Source of the DNA: Gammaproteobacteria bacterium
GTDB lineage: Bacteria > Pseudomonadota > Gammaproteobacteria > BTQY01
DNA length: 64,000 bases
Assembly (NCBI GenBank): GCA_036986115.1
Contig: BTQY01000002.1
Location: 49,608 to 113,607, forward strand
Direction of reading: 5' to 3'
In this document: piece after piece, positions 47,109-55,677 of the stretch
How positions within the stretch are numbered: the first letter of the stretch is position 1
How the letters are laid out: each line of letters begins with the position of its first letter
Notes under the pieces: generated by a model
What the model was told of the DNA's origin: nothing
The model's input: the letters and a program-made list of their open reading frames with translations, nothing else
The model's database searches: none
Position numbers and translations under genes: made by a program

Positions 47109-48121
47109 TGGCCAAGCTAAATACCCAATATCTTGGACTGGAACTGGCAAACCCACTGGTGCCCTCTTCTTCGCCGCTTAGCCGTAACATCGATACAGCA
47201 AAACAACTCGAAGATGCAGGGGCCTCTGCGCTAGTCATGCATTCACTGTTTGAAGAGGAAATCTATTGTGAAGAAGAACACCTGCTGCGCTTCATACATC
47301 AGCAATCCATCGGCTATGCCGAAGCAGATAGCTTCCGCCCGGTCCCGGAAAACTATAAAGGTTGCCTGGATAATTACCTGGAACAATTGTCCAGGTTAAA
47401 ATCCGAACTGGATATTCCGATCATCGCCAGCCTGAATGGTGTCTCGCTCGATGGTTGGGTGCTCCATGGTAAGGAGCTGCAACAAGCCGGTGCCGATGCA
47501 CTTGAACTGAATGTCTATTACATCGCGGCCAGTGCAGAAGAGAAATCTGATTCCGTCGAAGGACGTTATATTGAATTACTCCAGGAGCTCAGGAAGCATG
47601 TCTCTATACCAATCACTATGAAGCTTTCCTCACAATTCAGTTCTATTGCGTATTTTGCTAAATTGCTGGAACAAGCTGGTGCTGGCGGGTTATCGCTGTT
47701 TAACCGCTTTTATTTGCCTGATATTGATCTTGAGACGCTACAGGTGAAACCCAGCCTGTCCTTGTCTTCCTCAAATGAATCACTGCTCAGGATACGCTGG
47801 ATCGCCATGCTCCATGGTCAGGTAACACTTTCACTTGCTGCAACTGGTGGCTTTCACACCGTAGAGGATGTGCTGAAGGCACTGCTGGCCGGCGCGGATG
47901 TGACCCATATGTGCAGTGAACTGCTGCAGCATGGCCCTGGCCGAATTAGCGATATTATCGCTGAACTGTCAACCTGGCTGGACGAGCATGAATACGAATC
48001 TGTCGAACAACTCAAGGGCAGGATCAGTAAACAGCACGCCATTGACCCTGCCGCTTATGAACGGGCCAATTATCTGAAAGTAATTGATAGCTATTCATCA
48101 TCACCCGGGATATTAAAGTAA
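47108..48121 (+). CDS. Dihydroorotate dehydrogenase-like FMN protein (PFOR-associated)
   Basis: YLGLELANPL, IIASLNG, ALELN, LFNRF, ATGG; start overlaps the PFOR stop (TAATG). Confidence 0.88.
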   Translation: MAKLNTQYLGLELANPLVPSSSPLSRNIDTAKQLEDAGASALVMHSLFEEEIYCEEEHLLRFIHQQSIGYAEADSFRPVPENYKGCLDNYLEQLSRLKSELDIPIIASLNGVSLDGWVLHGKELQQAGADALELNVYYIAASAEEKSDSVEGRYIELLQELRKHVSIPITMKLSSQFSSIAYFAKLLEQAGAGGLSLFNRFYLPDIDLETLQVKPSLSLSSSNESLLRIRWIAMLHGQVTLSLAATGGFHTVEDVLKALLAGADVTHMCSELLQHGPGRISDIIAELSTWLDEHEYESVEQLKGRISKQHAIDPAAYERANYLKVIDSYSSSPGILK

Positions 48122-48130
48122 TGTACTTAG

Positions 48131-48288
48131 GGAACCTCTGATTTATTCTGGACGAAGCAGATTGCATCTATAATGTTCAGATTCAAGGCGCGAATCGCAC
48201 GTAATAGCCAGCTATTGCGAAGGTTCGCAACGCAGAAGCTGGATATTTTAGAGGTGAGATGCAAGTTCATGAATAGATCAGAGGTTCC
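48131..48288. mobile_element. MITE-like element 2 (158 bp)
   Basis: 18-bp TIRs GGAACCTCTGAT(T/C)TATTC with one mismatch; TTAG direct repeat at 48127-48130 and 48289-48292. Confidence 0.85.
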
Positions 48289-48358
48289 TTAGTGCGTTAA
48301 CTTCAGAAATATTTCGAACAGCACGTTCTGGCTGGTTTAGTGAAGACGTCGTGGCGAT

Positions 48359-48964
48359 TCAACCAATTAAATCCAGTTCTCTGGCCCTGAAACCCACCCC
48401 CAGCTGCTCGGCCTGGGCCTTGCACGCCTCGATATCGACACCTTCGAGACCATTGATGGCCGTGGCCGTTACCTCGGGTATATATCGCCTGGCCTCTGCC
48501 AGAAACTCCAGCATGGCCGCGTAGGAACCCGCCATGGCGGGACGGCAGTGACGATGGTAAACCACTTCATTCTGTGCATTCATGGAGACCGACACAGCAT
48601 TGATACACTGTGCCAGTTCAGGGACGATATTACGTTTATTCACCAGAGACCCGAGACCATCGGTATTGAGACGGATAACAATATCCTGATCTTGCCTGAT
48701 TCTGCCAGCCAGCTGTAGGAGTATCTTCAGCCGCAGGGTCGGCTCACCGAAACCGCAAAAAACCACCTCACGATAGTCCGACAGATCCGGTATAACCATT
48801 AACAGTTCATCCAGATCCGGTAAATGCCCCAGACGGAGATCGTGCTGGTGTACGCGGTAGATATCATGGGTCTTTGGACAGAAGTCACAGTCGAGGGTGC
48901 AGCGGTCCGTGAGATTGATATATAACCGGTCTTCAATAGAATAGCAGTACGTATCTGCCGTCAT
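48359..48964 (-). CDS. Radical SAM protein of the TatD-associated family
   Basis: LYINLTDRCTLDCDFCPK (CxxxCxxC), EVVFCGFGEPT, RLNTDG, SVSMNA. Confidence 0.85.
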   Translation of the reverse strand: MTADTYCYSIEDRLYINLTDRCTLDCDFCPKTHDIYRVHQHDLRLGHLPDLDELLMVIPDLSDYREVVFCGFGEPTLRLKILLQLAGRIRQDQDIVIRLNTDGLGSLVNKRNIVPELAQCINAVSVSMNAQNEVVYHRHCRPAMAGSYAAMLEFLAEARRYIPEVTATAINGLEGVDIEACKAQAEQLGVGFRARELDLIG

Positions 48965-49866
48965 GCGCGTTTAATACTGCCCGGTTCAGTCACCTTTCTG
49001 AGCCCTTCCTGACTGTACCAGTAACCATTACAGTATTGTTCGTCTCCTGCAGGCGTATGACTTTCCCCGGAACACGCCTTACTGAAAGTATCCACCACCT
49101 CGACCATGCCCTCCAGCTGCGGGTTAAGACGCACGATATCGACGCCTATGGCCTGCATTTCGGGGACAGCCTGGATCAAATTGTATTTGTCTCCGGACTG
49201 TGTCTGGATACCATTGAGACTAAAGAGTCGTTGCTTCTCCTGGGTATTCACCTCCAGCCCATCAGGGTAATTGCCACAAATAAACTCGCAGTTGTCCTTG
49301 GCGAGACTATGGGCACGGGCGGTAAAACAGCGCGCTGAAAAGGCCAGTGGTAACCGTCCATAGGCATAGACCTCGGTCTCCACCCCGGAATTCAGATCCA
49401 TGCGGGACAGGTTGTTCAATATCTTTTTTAATGCATCGCCGGATAGTTCGACCGGCATGACCCAGCGCTTAAGGCCCTGCTTCACAAGACAGGCCAGCGT
49501 TTTGTCGTTATAAATATTTATAAAGGGACCAGTGACAAAAGCGGCCTGCTTGCCGGTTAACAGCTGCACCGCACCCATGTCATTGGCCTCAACCATAAAA
49601 TCTTCTTGCCGACAAATTCGGCGCATCGTCTTGAGTTCGGATTCTGCTTCAATCAGGGTCAGGGTGGACAAGACCACCTGCTTGCCTTTGTGTGTCAGGT
49701 GCTTCGCCAGATCCACCCAGTCTGCTGTTTTGAGTTGCCGGCGTTTTGAACACACTACCTCGCCCAAATAGAGAATATCGACAGATGTTTCAGCAACCGC
49801 ATCATAGAAATCAAAAATCGTCTGGCGGGTCCAGTAATATTGAATGGGTCCGATTGACAGTCTCAT
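48961..49866 (-). CDS. ubiV: O2-independent ubiquinone biosynthesis protein UbiV (U32 family)
   Basis: LGEVVCSKR, VEAND, PLAFSARCFTAR...C...C, NGIQTQS. Confidence 0.93.
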   Translation of the reverse strand: MRLSIGPIQYYWTRQTIFDFYDAVAETSVDILYLGEVVCSKRRQLKTADWVDLAKHLTHKGKQVVLSTLTLIEAESELKTMRRICRQEDFMVEANDMGAVQLLTGKQAAFVTGPFINIYNDKTLACLVKQGLKRWVMPVELSGDALKKILNNLSRMDLNSGVETEVYAYGRLPLAFSARCFTARAHSLAKDNCEFICGNYPDGLEVNTQEKQRLFSLNGIQTQSGDKYNLIQAVPEMQAIGVDIVRLNPQLEGMVEVVDTFSKACSGESHTPAGDEQYCNGYWYSQEGLRKVTEPGSIKRA

Positions 49867-49878
49867 TTCAATCGTTCC

Positions 49879-50874
49879 TCATTGCCAGGGCCTTGAATAG
49901 GCCCCTAATGTTGTTTGTGAGCCCTCTGAGAGTTTTGCCAGCATTTCCTGCCAGCTCGATCGGGGTATGAATTTGTCACCCGCAGTTGAATAATGATCCA
50001 GCGCCTGCCGCCAGATATCCGTGACCTCTTTCACATAGGCAGGACTGCGTTGTCGGCCCTCAATCTTGACGGCCTTGACACCAATAGCATCCAGCTCTGG
50101 AATCAAATCCAGCGTATTCAGACTGGTCGGGGTTTCCAGGGCATGCACGACCTGTTGATTGACCCGGAAACGTCCCTTGCAGAGGGTCGGGTAACCGGCA
50201 TGCTCATCCTTTTGATACCGGTCGATCAGGACATCATTGAGGCGTGACTCCAGTACCTCATCCATCATCTCCCATTTGACCGCTTTGGCCGGTGAGCAGA
50301 CACCGCTCATGTTGGGTGACTCACCAGTAACATATGACGAGAGATGACAACGGCCCTCGGCCATAATACACAGACTGCCAAAGGCGAACACTTCCAGTTC
50401 CACGGGACTGTGTTCAGCCACTTGCTTCACCTGTGCCAGTGACAACACCCGTGGCAAAACAGCGCGTTGAATACCAAAATTCTGCTGATAGAAGCGCAGC
50501 GCCTCATAGTTGGTGGCAGAGCCCTGTACGGAAAGATGCAATCGCAGATCGGGGTACTGGTTTGAGGCATATTCCAGGATGGAAATATCCGCAGCAATAA
50601 CCGTATCGATCTTGAGTTCTGCCGCCCTGTCAATAGCGCATTTCCAGCGGTCCCATCCCTGCGGTTGCGGATAGGTATTCACCGCCAGGAACACTTTAAC
50701 GTTACGCTGATGGGCATAGTCAATTGCCCGGGTGATTTTATCCGTATTAAAATTTAATCCGGCAAATGAACGTGCATTGGTATCATCGTTAAAACCAATA
50801 TACACCGCATCAGCACCGCCATTGACCGCCATCTTAAGTGACAGATAATTACCTGCCGGACATACTAATTCCAT
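49879..50874 (-). CDS. ubiU: O2-independent ubiquinone biosynthesis protein UbiU (U32 family)
   Basis: MELVCPAG, FGSLCIMAEGRC, VCSP, YPTLCKGRF, KIEGRQRSP, LGAY.RPWQ. Confidence 0.95.
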   Translation of the reverse strand: MELVCPAGNYLSLKMAVNGGADAVYIGFNDDTNARSFAGLNFNTDKITRAIDYAHQRNVKVFLAVNTYPQPQGWDRWKCAIDRAAELKIDTVIAADISILEYASNQYPDLRLHLSVQGSATNYEALRFYQQNFGIQRAVLPRVLSLAQVKQVAEHSPVELEVFAFGSLCIMAEGRCHLSSYVTGESPNMSGVCSPAKAVKWEMMDEVLESRLNDVLIDRYQKDEHAGYPTLCKGRFRVNQQVVHALETPTSLNTLDLIPELDAIGVKAVKIEGRQRSPAYVKEVTDIWRQALDHYSTAGDKFIPRSSWQEMLAKLSEGSQTTLGAYSRPWQ

Positions 50875-50889
50875 TATTTCCTCATACCT

Positions 50890-51807
50890 TTATGTCAGTT
50901 TGCAGGCCTGTTTTGCACCTGTCGCAATCAACTGTTCATGTATCGCATTTAGCACATGCCATTTGTGGGCACACCATTCTGGCGCCAGCAACAATCGCTG
51001 TTCTGCTGTCGCGGTTAGACGGTGGATGATCACATCAACCGGGGTATGCATCACCAGGTTGGTCGCCTGCATAATATAATCATCAAATTCCAATGCCCTG
51101 TATTCGCCTCGTCGCCACTGATTGGCCAGCTGTGTCCCCTTGACCACATGCAGAGGATGAAACTTTATCCCCTGTACCCCCTCTTCCATCACTCGATTCA
51201 AAGAGACCATGCTGTGATCGGCGTTTTCTCCAGGCAGACCAATAATCAGGTGTGTGCAAATCTGCAACTCATAGCGTTTTGCCCGTCTTACCGTATTGGC
51301 GTAGTCTTCAAAGTGATGGCCACGATTGACCCTGTCCAGGGTCTGATTAAATGCCGACTGCAGCCCCAGTTCAAGCCACACCTCAAATCCGCGTTGTTGA
51401 TAATCCGCCAGCAAGGCCAGTACCGCATCCGGGACACAATCCGGGCGGGTACCAACAGACAACCCAATCACCTGATTGTCGGCCAGCGCCTCATCGTATA
51501 ATGCCTTTAGACGATGAATATCGGCATAGGTGTTGGTATAAGCCTGAAAGTAGGCAATATATTTCTTGGCGCCGAGCCGCCTGGCTATCACCTGCTTTCC
51601 CGATGAAATCTGCTCACATACACTCAACGGAGCCCGGGCATGTGGATTAAAAGAGGCATTATTACAGAAAGTGCAACCACCAATACCTTTACTGCCATCC
51701 CGGTTCGGACAAGTGAATGCCGCATTGATGGTGATCTTGTGGACCTTCTCGCCATACTTTTTCTGCATGGCATAGCCAAAAGAATGCACAACATCGCGAA
51801 GATTCAT
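50890..51807 (-). CDS. YhcC-family (TIGR01212-like) radical SAM protein
   Basis: FTCPNRDG..G.GGCTFC, YFQAYTNTY, GTRPDC, ELGLQS, KFHPLHVVKGT. Confidence 0.93.
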   Translation of the reverse strand: MNLRDVVHSFGYAMQKKYGEKVHKITINAAFTCPNRDGSKGIGGCTFCNNASFNPHARAPLSVCEQISSGKQVIARRLGAKKYIAYFQAYTNTYADIHRLKALYDEALADNQVIGLSVGTRPDCVPDAVLALLADYQQRGFEVWLELGLQSAFNQTLDRVNRGHHFEDYANTVRRAKRYELQICTHLIIGLPGENADHSMVSLNRVMEEGVQGIKFHPLHVVKGTQLANQWRRGEYRALEFDDYIMQATNLVMHTPVDVIIHRLTATAEQRLLLAPEWCAHKWHVLNAIHEQLIATGAKQACKLT

Positions 51808-51895
51808 TTAACTTAACTACACCCAATGGGTGACTCTGTCAAAAAGAACAACCAGCCAGGGCAGTAGAGTTTAGTGATATAGCATTCTAGCTGAA

Positions 51896-51909
51896 TTGAT
51901 GTAGGTCAA
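51896..51909. promoter_or_regulatory. FNR/Anr-type binding site
   Basis: TTGAT-GTAG-GTCAA, 9/10 match to TTGAT-N4-ATCAA, in the divergent yhcC-ubiUV / ubiT gap. Confidence 0.75.
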
Positions 51910-51977
51910 TACAGTGAAAACAGGCTAGGATATATACTTATACACAATTCAATATTTGAAAATAGCTAACATTTACA

Positions 51978-52457
51978 ATGCCTCAGACCTCACCACTATT
52001 TGACAGACAGCATCTTCCCTCATTACCCCGGCTATTATTACGGGGTCTGTTCCAGGCACCTTTTTCATTACAGCGGCTGGTGCTGGAGCAGACGCTGCAA
52101 CGTGTATTTAAAGAGGCCCTGCGAGACGGCGATCTGGACTTCCTGAAGGGCCAGCATCTCAAAATCCATATCATCGACATGGATTGTATCTGGTACTTCA
52201 GCCACCTGTGGGGGAGAATTGTCGTTAGTCGAAAGGCACACGAATCAGTAGCCATTAGTGGTCACTTGAAGGAATTTGTACAACTGGCGACCCGCTGTGT
52301 GGATCCGGATACGCTGTTTTTTCAGCGTCGTCTGGTCATCGAAGGCAGTACCGAGATGGGCCTGCAAATTAAAAACCTGCTGGATAGCCTCGATATCGAG
52401 GAACTGCCCCTGCCACTCCGCAAAGGAATAGAAATCGCCTCCAGATTTGTCCGTTAA
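51978..52457 (+). CDS. ubiT: SCP2-domain ubiquinone biosynthesis accessory factor UbiT
   Basis: GDLDFL.G, DPDTLFFQRRL.IEG.TE.GL.IKNLLD; divergent from ubiUV. Confidence 0.93.
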   Translation: MPQTSPLFDRQHLPSLPRLLLRGLFQAPFSLQRLVLEQTLQRVFKEALRDGDLDFLKGQHLKIHIIDMDCIWYFSHLWGRIVVSRKAHESVAISGHLKEFVQLATRCVDPDTLFFQRRLVIEGSTEMGLQIKNLLDSLDIEELPLPLRKGIEIASRFVR

Positions 52458-52724
52458 GCAGGCCGGGCGATAACTTCACTCGAGCGACCCCCGCCCGCCT
52501 CACTTTTCGCCCGGATCCCGGCAACATCCGGCAAAATCATGCAAAATTCTGCCAGCCATGCCTGAATATTTCCCTGTTATACACCCATTTTCAGTCAATG
52601 CCTCCCTTCAGGCCCACAGATCCTCCGGCACGGGACATGGCACACGAAATGAGGCAAATAAGCTAAAATAAATGTGTTAGCTTAAACAGCTGAGAAGCCT
52701 GTTAACTATCCGGAAATCTCTACT

Positions 52725-55460
52725 GTGAACGAGACTGCACAAAGCACACATCAACAAGCACCTGATTCTCCCGATTATTCTATTCGTGCGCCTCATGCCT
52801 GTAATAACGATGAAATACTCAAGGCCTTAAATAGCGCCAGTCATGGTTTAACAAGCAGTGATGCCGCCACCCGCCTGCAACAATATGGCCCCAATCGACT
52901 ACCACAGGAAGAACCCCGCCATATTTTCAGGGTATTTTTACGCCAGTTCACCAGCCCGCTCATTTATGTGTTATTAGCAGCCGGTTTGCTATCGCTTTTC
53001 ATTGGGGAACATCTGGATGCAAGTTTTATTTTCATCGTTTTATTGATCAATGCCATTATTGGTACGGCCCAGGAATATTCCGCACAACGTGCTGCAAGGG
53101 CACTATCCCAACTTGTCACAACCTACAGTCGTGTTTTACGCGATGGCGATGCCTATGAAATAAATTCTGAAGAGCTGGTGCCGGGTGACATTGTTTTGCT
53201 GGAATCCGGTGACAGGGTGCCAGCAGATATTCGCTTGTTAAGCTGTCATGGCCTGGATATGGATGAATCACTACTGACAGGTGAGTCGCTATCAATATTG
53301 AAAGACGCTGACTGCATCCTCAATGTAGATGCCATTCCGGGAGACCGAACCAATATGGTTTTTGCCAGTACGTTTGTCAATCGTGGTAGGGCAAAAGGTG
53401 TGGTGGTTAGCACAGCCCTTGCAACCGAAATCGGTCGTATTGCAGTAGATGTTTTAAAAGGAGAAACCGCCAAGGCGCCACTTATAGTGCGCATGGATAA
53501 TTTCACTCACCTTGTAGCAATTATTATCGGCCTGGCAGCGCTTGCTATGGCGGCCATTGTTTTCTCCCGTGGCATGCCCATGTCCGAAATTTTCATGCTA
53601 TCAGTTGCACTTGCTGTCTCCGCCATACCTGAAGGTCTGCCCGTTGCCATCACTGTCGCTCTGGCTGTAGGCATGCATCGCATGGCAAATCGAAACGTCA
53701 TCGTGCGACGTCTGGTTGCCATGGAAGCTTTAGGCTCATGCACGTTTATCGCCACGGATAAAACAGGCACCCTCACTGTTAACCAGCTCACTGCCCGTCG
53801 TATTGTCCTTCCCGACGATGAACTCTGGGTCATTAGCGGGGAAGGTATTAATCCTGAAGGCACTATCATGCCAGATTCACAGACGCCATATAGTGATCGC
53901 GCACGACTGGATCGCTTGTGTAAAACGGCGGTTTTAGCAAATGAAGCTTTCCTCGGTCATCTGAATCATCAATGGACCGCGCATGGTGATGCCGTTGATA
54001 TTGCATTACTGGTTATGGCCCACAAGATGGGCGTAATACGTTCTGAGAATATTGATTCATGTCCCGAACTGGATGAAATACCTTTTGAACCAGAGCGTCT
54101 GTTTGCAGCAAGTTTAAACAAAGTAGATGATTTACAGTATGCGTTTGTCAAGGGTGCGCTGGAGAAACTTCTACCCATGTGTTCAAAAATGTCCTGTGGT
54201 GAACACGACATTAAACTCGAGCCACATATTATTGAACAACAAGTACAGCAACTCGCTGAACAGGGCTATCGGGTCCTGGCCCTGGCCAGCGGCGCAATCA
54301 AACTACAGGAAGATGAAGTTTTTTCAGAAGAGCATTTAAAAAACCTGACATTTCTGGGGCTGGTTGGCATGATTGATCCATTGCGAGTAGAGGCCAATGC
54401 AGCAATTAATGCCTGTTATGGTGCCGGCATTGAAGTTGCCATGATAACCGGTGACCACCCGGCAACGTCATTTGCTATTGCCAAAGAATTATCGTTGGCT
54501 AGTGATCCAAAACACATTGTCACCGGCAAACAATTGAGCCTGACCAGTAATCCCAGAGAGTTTGATGAATTAACACAGCATGCCTATGTGTTCGCGCGCG
54601 TGGAACCACATCAGAAGCTGGATATCGTCAAATCCCTGCAACGCCAGAACCACTTTGTTGCTGTCAGTGGTGATGGCGCAAATGATGCGCCGGCGCTTCG
54701 CGCCGCACATGTGGGTGTTGCCATGGGGAAAAGTGGTACAGACCTGGCCCGTGAAACTGCTGACCTGATCATTGCTGACGATAACTTTGCATCTATCGTT
54801 GCTGGTGTAGAAGAGGGGCGAATTGCATATGCAAATGTTCGCAAAGTTATATTCCTGCTTATTTCCACCGGTGCTGCTGAACTGGTATTGTTCGCACTGG
54901 CCCTGTTCACAGGATTACCGTTACCACTACTTGCCGTGCAATTGCTTTGGTTAAACCTGGTCACCAATGGCATCCAGGACATCGCCCTTGCCTTTGAGCC
55001 GGCTGAAGGCGATGAATTAAAACGCCCGCCCCGATCACCAAAGGAACCCATATTCAATCGACTTATGGTTGAGCGCGTTGTCGTTTCAGCCGTTGTCATA
55101 GGCACGCTGGCCTTTGTCCTTTTTCAGTGGCTGCTGAATCTGGGATATAGCATCGATGAGGCCCGCAATGGCACACTGCTACTCATGGTTTTGTTTGAGA
55201 ACATCCAGGTATTTAACAGCCGTTCGGAAACCCAATCCGTTTTCCATCAAAACCCGTTAGACAACCGATTACTTTTATTTGGCACTATCGGCGCACAGCT
55301 GGTTCATATTGGCGCCATGTATACACCCTGGTTGAGTAATGTTTTAAAAATCGATCCTATAGCACCGCAACACTGGCTTGAGCTGTTCAGTCTGGCGTTA
55401 ATACTACTGATCATCATGGAACTACACAAAATGATCCGGCGCAAAATACCAAAACTCTAA
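52725..55460 (+). CDS. Cation-transporting P-type ATPase (type IIA-like)
   Basis: TGES, IPEGLP, DKTGTLT, KGA, MITGDH, GDGANDAPAL. Confidence 0.95.
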   Translation: MNETAQSTHQQAPDSPDYSIRAPHACNNDEILKALNSASHGLTSSDAATRLQQYGPNRLPQEEPRHIFRVFLRQFTSPLIYVLLAAGLLSLFIGEHLDASFIFIVLLINAIIGTAQEYSAQRAARALSQLVTTYSRVLRDGDAYEINSEELVPGDIVLLESGDRVPADIRLLSCHGLDMDESLLTGESLSILKDADCILNVDAIPGDRTNMVFASTFVNRGRAKGVVVSTALATEIGRIAVDVLKGETAKAPLIVRMDNFTHLVAIIIGLAALAMAAIVFSRGMPMSEIFMLSVALAVSAIPEGLPVAITVALAVGMHRMANRNVIVRRLVAMEALGSCTFIATDKTGTLTVNQLTARRIVLPDDELWVISGEGINPEGTIMPDSQTPYSDRARLDRLCKTAVLANEAFLGHLNHQWTAHGDAVDIALLVMAHKMGVIRSENIDSCPELDEIPFEPERLFAASLNKVDDLQYAFVKGALEKLLPMCSKMSCGEHDIKLEPHIIEQQVQQLAEQGYRVLALASGAIKLQEDEVFSEEHLKNLTFLGLVGMIDPLRVEANAAINACYGAGIEVAMITGDHPATSFAIAKELSLASDPKHIVTGKQLSLTSNPREFDELTQHAYVFARVEPHQKLDIVKSLQRQNHFVAVSGDGANDAPALRAAHVGVAMGKSGTDLARETADLIIADDNFASIVAGVEEGRIAYANVRKVIFLLISTGAAELVLFALALFTGLPLPLLAVQLLWLNLVTNGIQDIALAFEPAEGDELKRPPRSPKEPIFNRLMVERVVVSAVVIGTLAFVLFQWLLNLGYSIDEARNGTLLLMVLFENIQVFNSRSETQSVFHQNPLDNRLLLFGTIGAQLVHIGAMYTPWLSNVLKIDPIAPQHWLELFSLALILLIIMELHKMIRRKIPKL

Positions 55461-55677
55461 ATTTTATAAATAACGTAGCTTAATACTCAAGAATTCCGTC
55501 TGCGCTAAATAAGAGCAATCCCGTTCATTTATCGAGATGTCCTGAAATCAGGGAGCACAACTCGACCGCTTAGATCGATGGATGACAGCCTGATAACCAG
55601 CGGATGGCACCCATATATAAGGAGTGCACAATTAATAACACACCTTGAACACCAGCTTCGGACTAAGAGGTCTCCGC

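Noticed and set aside
55461-55677. Possible att site or tRNA at the boundary of the GC-richer operon
   Set aside because: No tRNA fold, integrase remnant or direct repeat could be recognised.
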